Below the pieces are notes generated by a model, which did no database searches, was not told the origin of the DNA, and saw only the letters and a program-made list of their open reading frames with translations. The position numbers and the translations under genes were made by a program. A stretch of DNA of 64,000 nucleotides from Octopus sinensis (lineage: Eukaryota), in the NCBI RefSeq assembly GCF_006345805.1, contig NC_043004.1, forward strand, positions 3,720,001-3,784,000, written 5' to 3'. Of this stretch, positions 12,320 through 25,205 are shown piece after piece; the stretch's first letter is position 1; each line of letters opens with the position of its first letter.

Positions 12320-12325
<6 letters not shown>
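11991..12325 (+). mobile_element. SINE family D (tRNA head shared with C, different body)
   Basis: cagctgtagaaatgagttgcgacgtc...aaacaaccttgcccggacttgtg...catggtcattcatgaccgaagggggtcttta. Confidence 0.8.
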
Positions 12326-12376
<51 letters not shown>

Positions 12377-12380
12377 GTGT

Positions 12381-12417
<37 letters not shown>

Positions 12418-13570
12418 ATGTATGTATATACATATATATAATATAAATAATAATAATATAAATGATATAAATGTATATAATATAAATATACACACGCACA
12501 TACATATATGAGTACGGGACGTCACCAACAGTAAACAACATGAAATACGAAAGCAAATGAGTTCAATACGCAAACAACGAGAGAAAAATAATGGAAAACA
12601 GGACAAGTAACGCAAAGAACGTCCTTTCATCAGTTGTCGGCTGTCTATCTGCTCCTCATTTCGAGCAAACCTAATTCTTAGATATGAATGGCTGCGTTCA
12701 ACCGTGCACGAGACAGCAGAAACCGCAATAGCATTGATAGTGTGTGAGTGTAGGGACGCCTAGAGTGGACAGATTGGTGAAAAGGGTCAGCAATCAATCA
12801 ATCATATATATATATATATATATGGCCTGCTCGCTTAGCCAGCGGGGTGGCGTCATTCGAAGGCTAAAACAATGCGAACGCATTGTGACCAGCGATGTGT
12901 AACAACATCTGATGGTCTGGTCGGTCACGTGATATATATATATATAAAGAAAACCATCACTACTTCACACGGATGAGAACTTGCCAACTAGATTAAATCA
13001 GATCACCTCTCAACCCGATTACATTCCGCTCCCGAAATGTAATCGGGCTGAAGGCTGTTTTTGCAGAAAGTCCGTCCTGGGTTTCTTCGAAGTTAACTCG
13101 GCTAATTCCACCCAATCGTACCTAATTCTCCATTCATCATGCCTTTCGCTTCTTTTAAGTCTTGCAGTAAACTTATCGGGTCTTCTTTGTCGATTTGAAG
13201 AATCGTTGATCTCATGCAGCCCCAGGTTGGGTGACGTACTCTTCATGTGTTTCACTTGTCTTCGTTCTGGGCCCGTTCCTTTTTAATTTTAATTTAGCTG
13301 TCCCTGATATTTTCCATCCTTCTCCATTCTGCCTCTTGCGACGATAGAGTGAAGCTATTGGTTGTCACTTCTGGCTGCTTTTATGCTGTGGGTGTGGCTG
13401 GGGACACCTATGTTTCTCGGTGTTCTCTTTGGCCGCCAGATTCTGATGCTGAGAACAAAGTACTTTCTTTGTCTGTCCACTTGCAGTGGTGGTGGTGGTT
13501 ATTGTAAACTAAGTCTTTGAATTCATTTGGTCCACACCCCTGCACTAAGATCTAGTAACTTTCTCTCTTT

Positions 13571-13912
13571 TATTTGGTTCGCTTTGCAACCATATGGTTT
13601 CGAGTTCAGTCCCACTGCGTGGCACCTTGGGCAAGTGTCTTCAACTATAGCCTTGGAACCGGCCAAAGCCTTGTGATTGGATTTGGGAGATGGAAACTGT
13701 GCAGAATCTCATCGCGCGCGCGCGTGTGTGTCCACCATTGCGTGATGACCGCAACTGGTTTGTTTACGTCTCTGTAACTTAGCGTTTCGCAAAAGATTCC
13801 GATAGAATAAGAACCAGACTTTAAAATAAGTACTGGGGCCTATTCGTTAGGCTAAACCCTTCATGACTGAGTCCTAGCATGGCCGCAGTCCAAAGTCTAA
13901 AACAAGTAAAAA
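13571..13912 (+). mobile_element. SINE family A, diverged
   Basis: B box, ttgggcaagtgtc and the tail agcatggccgcagtc. Confidence 0.75.
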
Positions 13913-14214
13913 AAAAACAGGAAAATTGAGAGAGAAGATACTTGAGCCATTATGGAGTTGTTTATGAGTGAGAAAGAAAGCCTCGCGGTATTCGTTGTAA
14001 TTCTCTGCAGTCAGGGATCAAATCTCGTTGAGTCAACTTTCGGAGTCGATAAATAAAGTACAAATCCATGCGGTGGATTAGTAGAACTGTTAGAATGATC
14101 GAACCAATGTTTGGCGTGATTTATTGCGGCTCTCTGAGTTAAATTCTACCAAGGTGCCAAGAAAGCACCGTCGCCAACCCGTGGCCCTTGCCTGGCAGAT
14201 AAGGTATATCCTTG

Positions 14215-14400
14215 AAACAAAGGTCAACACCAAACAGAAAGATGCCGGGCCATGCTGGGGCACCGCCTTCAAGAATTTTTAGTCGAATGAATAGACACCA
14301 GGACTTATTTTCTAAAACCTTGGAACTTATTTCATCGGCCTTTTGCCGAACCGCTAAGTTACGGGGACGTAAACACACCAACACCGATTATCAAGCGATC
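14215..14400 (-). mobile_element. SINE family A, tail half
   Basis: ggccatgctggggcaccgcc...gccgaaccgctaagttacggggacgtaaacacacc. Confidence 0.75.
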
Positions 14401-14459
14401 CTGGTTGAGCTCTTTCACTGCACTAAATTTATCTGCCTGTGATTTTTTGCCTTAACCAA

Positions 14460-14890
14460 TTGCAACATAGAGGAATGGCTACAAAGTGTCAGACCAGAAT
14501 ATCTTCAGGCAACAGTTCAGACAAGAGCCAGTTTAGGCAAAATATGGCAACTGAAAATTAAGGGAATCGTTTCTCTCGAGCCAGAATTTCTAAAGGCATC
14601 GAGACAACAGCAGACCATACAAGAAATTTCAGACCAAACTTTTCTGTTGTCAACTCTTTTATTGATCTTGAGCTCTCCAGGTTTGGTTTATGAAGAACAG
14701 GTTACATCCAAGCATCGGCCACAATTTGAAGCATTTCACTGCAAAACTGGAGGAGTCTTAGAACTGAAATTGCATTCACCTTCCCAAAAATGTCACCGAA
14801 GTCCTTCCTACGTTGGCGCTGGACATTCTAAAAACAGCAACGAAATTTTCCTCAAATAACAGCCGACCATTTTAAAATACCGGGGGGCAC
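14460..14890 (+). mobile_element. Highly degraded Tc1/mariner (maT/rosa-like) transposase C-terminus
   Basis: NWRSLRTEIAFTFPKM...SF..RW resembles the C-terminus of DD37D-type transposases. Catalytic motifs were not recovered. Confidence 0.35.
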
Positions 14891-15309
14891 AATTGGAATG
14901 TCGTTCTTGGTATGATATGTCTGAATAAAAAAAGATGGGTCAGTAATGGCAGGAAAGCTTTTGATCAAATATTTGCTCGACCAGAGCAAATACAACACTA
15001 AAACAACATTAGCAACAACAATTACTCTTACAACCACCGCCGTCACCCCCTACCAAACAAAAAAAAAGATGGCGTGAATCGCCAGCATTTCATTGTTAGT
15101 AGATAACAGAACATACTTGGACTGCTATTATAGTTGTATAGCTGAGAACGGAGAAGATGATGTACATCAACGAAACTTATCTGATTGTGTTGGTCATGAA
15201 ATATTTCTGTCTTTGTGTTGTTCTCTTGGTTAGCAAAATAGAAAGCGATTTTACTCACACAAGATGCGAAAATATAGTTTAAAATATCTCCTTCCACACC
15301 ATCTCACTA

Positions 15310-15324
15310 ACTCTCTCTCTCTCA

Positions 15325-15362
<38 letters not shown>

Positions 15363-15364
15363 AC

Positions 15365-15413
<49 letters not shown>

Positions 15414-15713
15414 CTCGCTGTTTACCTATATCTATCGTTCTCGTTTTCTCTCTCACTCTCCATTACACTTTCCATCTCGTATTTTACGGTTGATCTTTCC
15501 TTTACCGAGAAGTCATATTTTATACAAACACACACACACACTCATACATACACACATACATACATACATATAAATATATATATATATGTATGTGTATATA
15601 TATATATATATGTGTGTTGTGTATATATATATATGCGTGTGTGTGTATATATATGTATGTGTGTGTATATATGTGTGTGCGTATATATGTATGTGTGTAT
15701 ATAAATGTGTGTG

Positions 15714-15748
<35 letters not shown>

Positions 15749-16249
15749 GTGCGTGTATGTATATGTGTGTACGTACGTGTATATATGTACATGTATATGC
15801 GTGTATGTGTATGTATGTATGTGTATATATGTGTGTGTATGTATGTGTATGTGTGCATATATAAATATATATGTGTGTATATATATATATATATTGTGTG
15901 TGGTGTGTGTGTGTGTGTGTGTATAATATATGTATGTGTATATATAAATGTGTGTGCATATATGTATGTCTGTATATATATATATGTGTGTGTATGTGTA
16001 CATGTACTTATAAATATGTGTAATATATATATTGGTATTTAAACATACAATGGCATAAAGAATATAGTCACGTGAAAGGGTGTTTTTCAATATAAATAAA
16101 TGTGTGTATGCGCGTGAGATTGTATATGCTTGTGTGTGTACACACACACATGCAAAACGCTCACACACATACATATATATATTTATGAATATTAAAAAAT
16201 GTTTTCATGTGAATGTATTCTATTTGTATGTGTGTACGTGGCAATGTGT

Positions 16250-16310
<61 letters not shown>
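15310..16310. repeat. Compound (CT)n/(CA)n/(TA,TG)n/(GA)n microsatellite block; representative of dozens in the window (e.g. 10567-11060, 19030-19545, 30633-31105, 43040-43500, 44475-44940, 45300-45620, 46350-46655, 49240-49845, 53150-53455)
   Basis: Directly visible di- and tetranucleotide tandem repeats. Confidence 0.97.
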
Positions 16311-16312
<2 letters not shown>

Positions 16313-16360
16313 GAAATAAATATTAAAAAGACCAATACAAGTGGAAGAAAGTTTGAAAAG

Positions 16361-16388
16361 TATGTTTCGGACGGTAGTCCTTCATCAG
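16361..16388 (-). ncRNA. Decayed minimal hammerhead core in a Penelope-like terminal repeat
   Basis: CUGAUGA-A-GGAC[UACC]GUCC-GAAAC-AUA. Stem II is perfect; stem III is broken, consistent with CG-to-CA decay. Confidence 0.45.
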
Positions 16389-16661
16389 AAAAAAAAAGAA
16401 GAGAAATTTATTAGGAAATTGAGAAAGGAAGAAAATTGAGAAGGACACAGGATGAAAGCCAGGATTTTAGGCGTGCTGTTATGAAACAAGCATTCAAAAA
16501 TCAGAGAAAAGAGTTTTAAAAGATTGTATTGAGTGAGGGTAAGAATAGCGCAAGACACTGGTAAAGAGTCGAGAAGATGATAGAAGTGACTGGGAAGAAA
16601 GTAGTCCAAGAAGGAAACGAAATAACAGATGACAAAGTGAAAAGCAAGACGGTCTCTACAA

Positions 16662-17265
16662 GTTTCAGCCAGAGGCTGTGGCCTTGCTGGAGCACCGCCT
16701 TTCAGTATGTCTGATTGTCTTTTCTGTACTGTTTCCTATGAGATTACCAGTTGGATGGAGCTGCTCTTCCTGCCATTGATGTCGGTTCTTCAGATATCTC
16801 AGATAAAAAATTTGTCCAGACGCACTTTGAAAACTTCGCAAATCTCTAAAATTGTTTGGCAGAACGTTGAATAGTTGTGGACCCTTAAAACCCCAGCTGT
16901 TACAGTACTGGGTCCTTATTCCAGATGGAGAAACTGGGATCTTTAGTACTGTACCGTGCCATCCAGTTCGGTGGTTGGTATAGATTTCAATTTCAAAGTT
17001 GGCAGCAAGACCTTCCAGTATCTTCTAAACGTATATCACTGCATATCTTTCAAGCCTTCTCTCCAGGGAGTGGAACTTCAGTTCGCGTAGCCTCAAGTTT
17101 CGCCACTAGCTTGGCGCTCTGAGTTGACCACAGTTGGGAGTAGTAATCCAGACGATTGATGGGAGCAGCATGGTATTTTTTTTCCTGGTTCTCAATGATC
17201 TCAGAATCCATCCAGCTACTCGCCTGCACTGCATTGCCATTTTGAATATAAAGCACTTTTTAGCC
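16662..17265 (-). mobile_element. Degraded CR1-clade LINE 3' end
   Basis: Minus-strand frames read KMAMQCRRVAGWILRSLRT, RLDYYSQLWS and SLERR..RYAVIY..KILEG. The tail contains aaaggcggtgctccagcaaggccacagc. Confidence 0.8.
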
Positions 17266-17394
17266 TCTCGATATACCAACAACTGCATCACTTCTGCTGC
17301 CTCTCGTCTCTTACAGCCACTATTTACTTAAAAACGCAATCTTGTCTTCCTCTCTGACTTTAGTCAGGCATTTCCTTTCTTCTTTGTACCATAT

Positions 17395-17540
17395 AGCATG
17401 CAGTTCAATGCTGAGAGGTCTCAAGCACTTCACTATCGGCCCACAAACAGACTAGATTCAGAATATACAGGATCAGCGGGTAGTGCAAACCCAGAGTCAA
17501 ATTCAGTGCATGAACTGGGAATCTACATGAGTAATGATGC
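17395..17540 (+). mobile_element. Inverted CR1 segment (RT C-terminal region)
   Basis: MQFNAERSQALHY...ELGIYMSNDA aligns to MQFNGEKFQALRY...DLGIDMSDDT of the 48226 ORF. Confidence 0.7.
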
Positions 17541-18290
17541 AATATTCTCTTGGGAAATTTCTTGTCAAGTTTCACGCAGTAGTCTCAAAAACTCTGGCTT
17601 CCAGGATGCTTTCCTGTTCTTTTTACGAAGTATCTTGTCTATTATGCTCCAGAGGAGTTCAACGGGGTTCATATCTGGTGACTGGTTTGGCCATGGGAAC
17701 TTTTTCATGCCATTCTCATCCAACAAATCTTGGGTCATTTTAGCCGTATGACAAGGAGCACCATTTTCCATAAATAGTCTTCTTTAATCATTTCACCACT
17801 GGAGAAGATTAGAAGGAGTCCTTTCTGCAATGTGGACACATATTTATCTGAATGTATGTTTCCCTCACACTCCACCAACTCTAATCGACCATTCCTCCAA
17901 ATTGCTCCATAGACTATCATAGAATAGCTGCCGTGTTTCATTGTTGGCTGCAATCTTTTCACATCAAATCCTTGATCACAGAGTCTCTAGACCCACACTT
18001 GATCACTGTCGGGCAACAGCAAATCTGGACTCATCAGAGAATATGATAGTGTCCCAAAATGCTAGTGGCGTCTCCACGATCTCACTGACCCAATCTTTTC
18101 TGCGCTTGATGTTGGCTTCCTTCTTGCTACTCTGCCATAGTAACCAAGATACCTAACAGCTGTTCTGGGACTGACAGCAATTTATCCTGCTATGCCAGAG
18201 GCTTTGCAACGAGGATTCTCCTCCACACTTAGCAAAGAAAAGGGTCCTGTCAACATGAAGGGGTCTGGTTGGACATTTATTTTATAATCA
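17530..18290 (-). mobile_element. Tc1-like DDE transposase pseudogene
   Basis: FWDTIIFSDESRF (first D), PTMKHGSYSMIVYG (KHGGGS-like), GAPCHTAK and WPNQSPDMNPVE motifs, with frameshifts and stops. Confidence 0.88.
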
Positions 18291-18482
18291 CTACAACTGT
18301 TTCCACGCAATGTAGTTCTCCAGGCGTGCAGGTACATGTTATGCAACCGTTTCCCTGCATTGTGAGATCTAGTTGTGTTTCTTCAGGCGATAGATAAATA
18401 TTGTCTCCGTAAGTTCAAAATCGTCGGCTTCAAGAACATCTCTGTCTGTTGTGGTCTGAATTTAGTCATACTCACACACACA

Positions 18483-18712
18483 CAAGGGGACGCTAAAAAG
18501 TTCCTGGCTTTGGGTAAAAGAAAATACAAGAGGATTAGTTAATTATGATTTTACTCAACATATTCCCCTCTCGGTTTCACACACTTATTGCGGCAGTCCT
18601 TCAGTTTTTCTAAGCCCTTTAAAAGAACTCGGAAGGTTGGGCCTCCAACAAGGTCTTTCGCGACACCCTTAAAGCCAGGAACTTTCCAGCCACCCCCCAC
18701 CCCACCCCTTCG
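18483..18712 (-). mobile_element. Mariner-derived MITE/deletion derivative
   Basis: Inverted termini ggggacgctaaaaagttcctggcttt / aaagccaggaactttccagc..cccc. Retains the mariner C-terminal remnant GLEKLKDCRNKCVKPRGEYVE. Confidence 0.75.
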
Positions 18713-18846
18713 TATATGAAAGTTATGATTTAATGCGATTTTCATGAGCTAAAATACGTGTATATTAATTCCCTAGGACTACATTTTTCAATATTCAGAG
18801 GAAGTGACATCTTTGGGTTATTTTTCCCAGTTATTCTTTCGTTCAC

Positions 18847-18877
<31 letters not shown>

Positions 18878-19179
18878 CATTAAAATTATTTTTTATCTGA
18901 GATTTTTTTTGTTGTTTTTTTTTGTAATTGGCTGGATTCCAAATCTAAAGGAGAGACAGGAATGGCTGTCTCTTTTTGTATTTAACTGTAAATGGGGGAG
19001 TACGTGGGAGGTGCTTGAGAGCGTAAGTCTATGTAACTGTATGTGATGGAAGCTGATGTGGGGGTGTATACCAATAAATAGATAGATAGATAGATAGAAA
19101 TATATATATATATTCACACACGCACGTACATGCATACATACATATGTGTGCACATTTATATATGCATACATGTGAGTAC

Positions 19180-19213
<34 letters not shown>

Positions 19214-19284
19214 ATATTACACACGCACATACATACATACATACATAAGTGCGCACATTTCTATATGCATACATATGTGAGTAC

Positions 19285-19321
<37 letters not shown>

Positions 19322-19372
19322 TGCACACACACACTCATATACATATATCATACCTGTGTACGTTTATATGCG

Positions 19373-19443
<71 letters not shown>

Positions 19444-19482
19444 TCAAAGGTATTCACACGCACACACACACACACATACACA

Positions 19483-19546
<64 letters not shown>

Positions 19547-20145
19547 TTAATGTGTTGTATGAGTTGGTCGTATTGATTGAGTGTGTCGTCTAATGTTATT
19601 CTCGACACTGGCAGCGACTGAGTTCAGGGGAGAAATACTCACCATGGCTGCTAATAGCTTAGTGAGAAGCAAGGGAAATGCTATCTAGTTGTGAAGGCAA
19701 ACCATTTTTTCCCTCTTTTGATCATTTCGCGCCGCTTCACCGTAGCCATGTTTGCTGTGAAACCAGTCGACCATTACAAGGCTTACCTAGACACAGCCAA
19801 CACGCGAACCGGCCAACGGTTGGTTCGTGCGCTAAAATACAGCTTTTAAGCTAACATGAAAATATACTTAGTGTAAAAGTAACATTTGCTTTGTTGGTGT
19901 TTTCACAAAAATAAAGATACATCGCTGCTCTGTGTTTGATGGTAAACGACAATACTTACTCCAAACACAAACACACATACACACACACATACATACATAC
20001 ATACATACATACATACATACATACATACATACATACATACATACATACATACACACGTACGTACGTACGTACATACAAATACATATACTGACACATACTG
20101 AATGCATAAAAAAAAACTGTAGAATTAATAAATACACAATCAGTG

Positions 20146-20202
<57 letters not shown>

Positions 20203-20282
20203 TGTTATGGAATTGTGTGAAGAAGTGATTTGTTTCCGATTAATCTGATGCTATTTACGATGAAAGTGGTTTACAGTACAGT

Positions 20283-20342
<60 letters not shown>

Positions 20343-20445
20343 TCTCTGGGCATAAAAAGGATGGTTTGGTGTTGGTGAAGTGTATGCATGTGTATATATA
20401 TGTGTGTATATATATATGTATATCGATAGGTAGATTTTCGCACGG

Positions 20446-20480
<35 letters not shown>

Positions 20481-20691
20481 AAATAGCGTGTAGATATTCG
20501 TTGTGTTTTTAAAAAAAAGGAAAAACCGTGGGTGGAAGAAGCCGAAGGCGGCTACCCAACGTGGTTTTTAATCCAATATTCGTTACGGCGTAAATTTTAG
20601 ATTTATATACTGCGAGTCTCACCGAAAAAAAACACTCGTTCCATGTCTCCTGAAGTTTCTAAATTTTTATGGTGTGCGTGTGCGTGTGCGT

Positions 20692-20746
<55 letters not shown>

Positions 20747-20914
20747 AAGTCGGCCAAAACAGTAAGGTTTCATTATGAAGAGGTCAGCTGCCCCGAGCTT
20801 ACAATTCTGAAGGAGCTTCATCTCCTTGTGAGAGGCTAAGGTAGGCCCCTTAGATAAACGTTTCACTTATTTCATAAATTATCCTAAACTCTACCTAAGA
20901 TATATACATATATA

Positions 20915-21300
20915 TATGTGTGTGTGTGTGGTAAGTAGCTTGCTTGCCAACCACATCGTTCCGGGTTCAGTCCCACTACGTGGCACCTTGGGCAAGTGTC
21001 TTCTACTATAGCCACGGGCCGACCAAAGCCTTGTGAGCAGATTTGGTAGACGGAAACTGAAAGAAGCCCGTCGTATATATGTATATGTATGTATGTGTGT
21101 GTATAAGTTTGTATGCCTGTGTTTGTCCCCCCAAAATCGCATGACAACCGATGCTGGTGTGTTTACGTCCCCGTAAGCTAGCGGTTTGAGACCGATAGAA
21201 TAAGTACTAGGCTTACAAAGAATAAGTCCAGGGGTCGATTTGCTCGACTAAAGGCGGTGCTCCAGTATGGCCACAGCAAATGACTGAAACAAGTAAAAGT
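20915..21300 (+). mobile_element. SINE family A, near full length
   Basis: All family motifs are present. Confidence 0.85.
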
Positions 21301-21301
21301 G

Positions 21302-21370
<69 letters not shown>

Positions 21371-21381
21371 ATATGTATATA

Positions 21382-21990
21382 TAGGGTTGGCCAAAATTCA
21401 CCTGACAGTAAATCAAAACCATTTAATTCCAAGATTTAATTCCATGAGTTTAATAAAAACATCTAAATATGAAACATCATGAAAATTAGAAAAATTACTA
21501 TTTTTAAATCTCACAATGTGAGATATTCAGCAACAGTACTTGGGAGTAAAGATTGCTTGCCAACATAACATGGCAGTCCTGGTTTAGGACGAATGTTGCT
21601 GTAATTTAGCCCCAGGAGACATCATCTCCAGCTGGCTATACGACACGATCTGCGTCCTTATATTTTCGAACAAGGGAATCCAGCACACCCTCTCAGCTCA
21701 AAATAATGCGGGGGGGGGGGGGGCTGGAATCCTTTGTTCGAAAATATAAGGACACAGATCGTGTTGTATAACCAGCTGGAGACGATGTCTCCTGGGGCAA
21801 AATTACAGCAACATTCGTCCAAAACCAGGACTGCCATGTTATGTTGGCAAACAATCTTCACTCCATCATGAAAATTGTCCAAACTGAAGTCCTTCTTGAA
21901 CGACACGTTTCCATTCGAGTCAATACAGAATTACAGATTCTATTTAAGGAATTTTAATTTACTGTCAGTTGACTTTTAGCCACTCTTGTA
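21382..21990. mobile_element. Tc1/mariner-type MITE with an internal ~145-bp inverted repeat
   Basis: Termini gggttggccaaaattcacctgacagtaaat / atttactgtcagttgacttttagccactc with flanking TA. Internal arms lie at about 21541-21683 and 21722-21868. Confidence 0.8.
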
Positions 21991-22006
21991 TATAAGTACA
22001 CACTCA

Positions 22007-22053
<47 letters not shown>

Positions 22054-22660
22054 CACAGTTTATCATAAATACTTACCTATACCAATTCGAATCAGCTTGT
22101 CTTTCTTCTTTCTGGTTTGTTTCAATTAATATTTGAAGTATTACGCCGTACATTGAAGCCGTTTGTCGGAAGCTTACCTTGGGATAGTCGTGGCCACTTA
22201 GTAACAAAGATTGTTGGTCAAGTAACGCCAGATATATTCTTATTAGGAAGTTTGAATCCTAAATCTTATCGGGTATTAAATGTATTTGTGAACACGTTTA
22301 TAAAATAATGGAGACATTCGTGTTTGGATGAGACAAACTGGATTCCTTTTGGCCATAGACATTTCGAGAAAAGGGATGACCTGCGACAGAATCTCAACTA
22401 TGGCAGCGCTTAAGGGCCATATATTTGTATTATATCGAACCATGTATATCTGTATTTACTTTCATACGGCCGCGTGCATACACACTGCCAATTCCACAAG
22501 TAAATCTTTATATAGTCTTTTGTTAATACTTCTCAGAAATCTCACATTCCATCGGTGTTTTTGTTTGTTTGTTTTTTAATGCTTTATGATATTCGGATGA
22601 TTTTTATGTGTATCTGTATGCTAACCTCCAAATCCATTGGAGTGCTGTTATATTGGAAAT

Positions 22661-22748
<88 letters not shown>

Positions 22749-22887
22749 AAAAAAGTTAGTCTGTCTCGAACTTTCAGAAATATTAAACTGGAGATTATTT
22801 TGCTTTCTAAAGCTTTTGAGCGACTCAGTATTCAAGGTTCCTCATTAGATAGGACCAGAGTCGGTCGCAAGGTTAATTTCCAGCCTT

Positions 22888-22888
22888 A

Positions 22889-22929
<41 letters not shown>

Positions 22930-22952
22930 TGCTGCTGTTGCTGCTACTTCTT

Positions 22953-23005
<53 letters not shown>

Positions 23006-23008
23006 TGT
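22888..23008. repeat. Compound trinucleotide microsatellite (GCT)n-(GTA)n
   Basis: Directly visible. Confidence 0.95.
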
Positions 23009-23348
23009 GGCGGCGTTAGTGCCTGTATGCTATGCAGTCTTAAATCATGGACACACTTGACGTTTGCCTAGGGGTCTCATCGGTGTAGGGCCCAACTAAG
23101 GTCTCTCTATGCTTCGATTTGCTTTCAATAAATACGATAGGGTCCAGTGCATTGTTTTACTCGGGGGCCTGTATTACTCTCAAATCAGCCTTGCGTTTGT
23201 ATTTAGCTGAATGGGGACAACATGAAGCGATGCACTTCGCTTAGGAACAAAACCCACCGACCGCTACAAGGATCTAAATAATGATTTTACGGTGGTTAAG
23301 ACTGACCAGGACACAATGTACCTTCACGTGTGTGTGTGTGGTGTGTGT

Positions 23349-23408
<60 letters not shown>

Positions 23409-23454
23409 CATAATATAGCATTTGCTATCTTGTATATGGGCGCTTGTATGAAAT

Positions 23455-23692
23455 ACCTATTTCTTTACTACCCACAAGGGGTTAAACACAGAGAGGACAA
23501 ACAAGGACAGACAAACAGATTAAGTCGATTATATCTACCCCAGTGTGTAACTGGTACTTAATTTATCGACCCCGAAAAGATGAAAGGCAAAGTCGACCTC
23601 GGCGGAATTTGAACTCAGAACATAACTAACGGCAGACGAAATACCGCTAGGCATTTCGCCCGGCGTCCTAACGATTCAGCCAGCTCGCCACC
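23455..23692 (-). mobile_element. SINE family B
   Basis: Reverse complement of the same motifs. Confidence 0.8.
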
Positions 23693-24896
23693 TTAACTCT
23701 TGTATCAAATATCGTGAATCCGTAATGTCGCAACAAGATGGCCAAACCAAGGAGGACAAGGTTTCCATGATTAAAGTTGCTCCGCTTAGGCTAAACTGCT
23801 TTCTCAATAATTCCTGTATTTTGAATGAGTGACTTTCGGGTAATGCAGACGATACATTGCAGACAATTCTCATGGAAACGTCCTTATAAATACTCGTGTG
23901 TGTGTGTGCGGACCGTTTTTTGTCTTTTCATGCTAAACTCTCTACCTGGTAAAAGCACAGACTTTAGCCACCAAACCATTGATAAGCTAAATAAATTCTT
24001 AAATTTCATACATTGGACAGTTTTTGACGGATAGGATGTTTATAAAGTTTGACCATGGACAAGAAATGAGAGATCGACAGGACGAAACTATCGAATGGAT
24101 TCACGTTTTCATCGTCAACCTCTTGATACCACTCTAACCTGACTGCATTAAGGTTGTATGTAAAGCCAGGATTGTTAGTGACTTATATTAAATTAGGTAC
24201 ACTAATTTGAATATTTTACACATTTTGGCGGTTTAATTAAAGAAGTTAGTGATGTGTAAACGGTTATTTGTTCTTCAAACTAAATTTTAGTATCAGGTTT
24301 GAAATTCATTTTCACAGTCGTAAGTTAAGATCAGTTTAAGCGATCACTGATGAGAATGGCAACACATTTAAACCTAAAGACCTAACGATCTCTTTTCTGT
24401 AAGCCATGGTGAAATTGTATAAATATGGCGGCTGTTTATGATTGTTTATTGTATTTTAAATGCAGTGACCGATAAAATCTATAAATATACCGCTAAGAAC
24501 AATTTAGTGTGTGTGCGCGCTTGCACACAAATAACACATACATACATACATACAGACATACAGACACACAAACACACGCACACACACACACACACACATA
24601 CATACATACATACATACATACATACATACATACATACATACATACATACATACATACATACATACATACATGGCACAATAGAATCGGTAATGTATAACAT
24701 AATCATCAATTAAAGACCAGATTTCTTGAAATTCTTCTAAGCGATATTTGGATTTACTTATACACGATGAATTACCATCGATGCTAATTCAATTTGAATT
24801 TACTGATATCGGATTGTTTGATGTAGTTAACCAAATTCGCTGAATACTGAGTGCTTTCTAGATTTCTGCCAGTATTTATTAATCCCTTCTTATATA

Positions 24897-24963
<67 letters not shown>

Positions 24964-25142
24964 AACATGAGATGTATTGGTACCCAGAAGATCCAAAAGG
25001 CAGGTAAGGCTATATAAGTGCTACAGAAGGGCTGCTGTTAAGCTCCCGGTTCAATAAAGCATGGGTGAGGAGCCTAAGGCAGGTCGTGTATGAGCGTGGT
25101 GTACATATGTTTATTTAATATTTATATATTATATATATAATA

Positions 25143-25205
<63 letters not shown>

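Noticed and set aside
12620-12680. Hammerhead at ctgatgaaagg (minus strand)
   Set aside because: No correctly placed GAAA/stem II follows, and a permuted fold lacks stem I.
15264-16414. Many long ORFs (146-210 aa) such as 15542-16174 and 49122-49835
   Set aside because: They are translations of (TA/TG/CA)n microsatellites, which lack stop codons in several frames. No coding signal.
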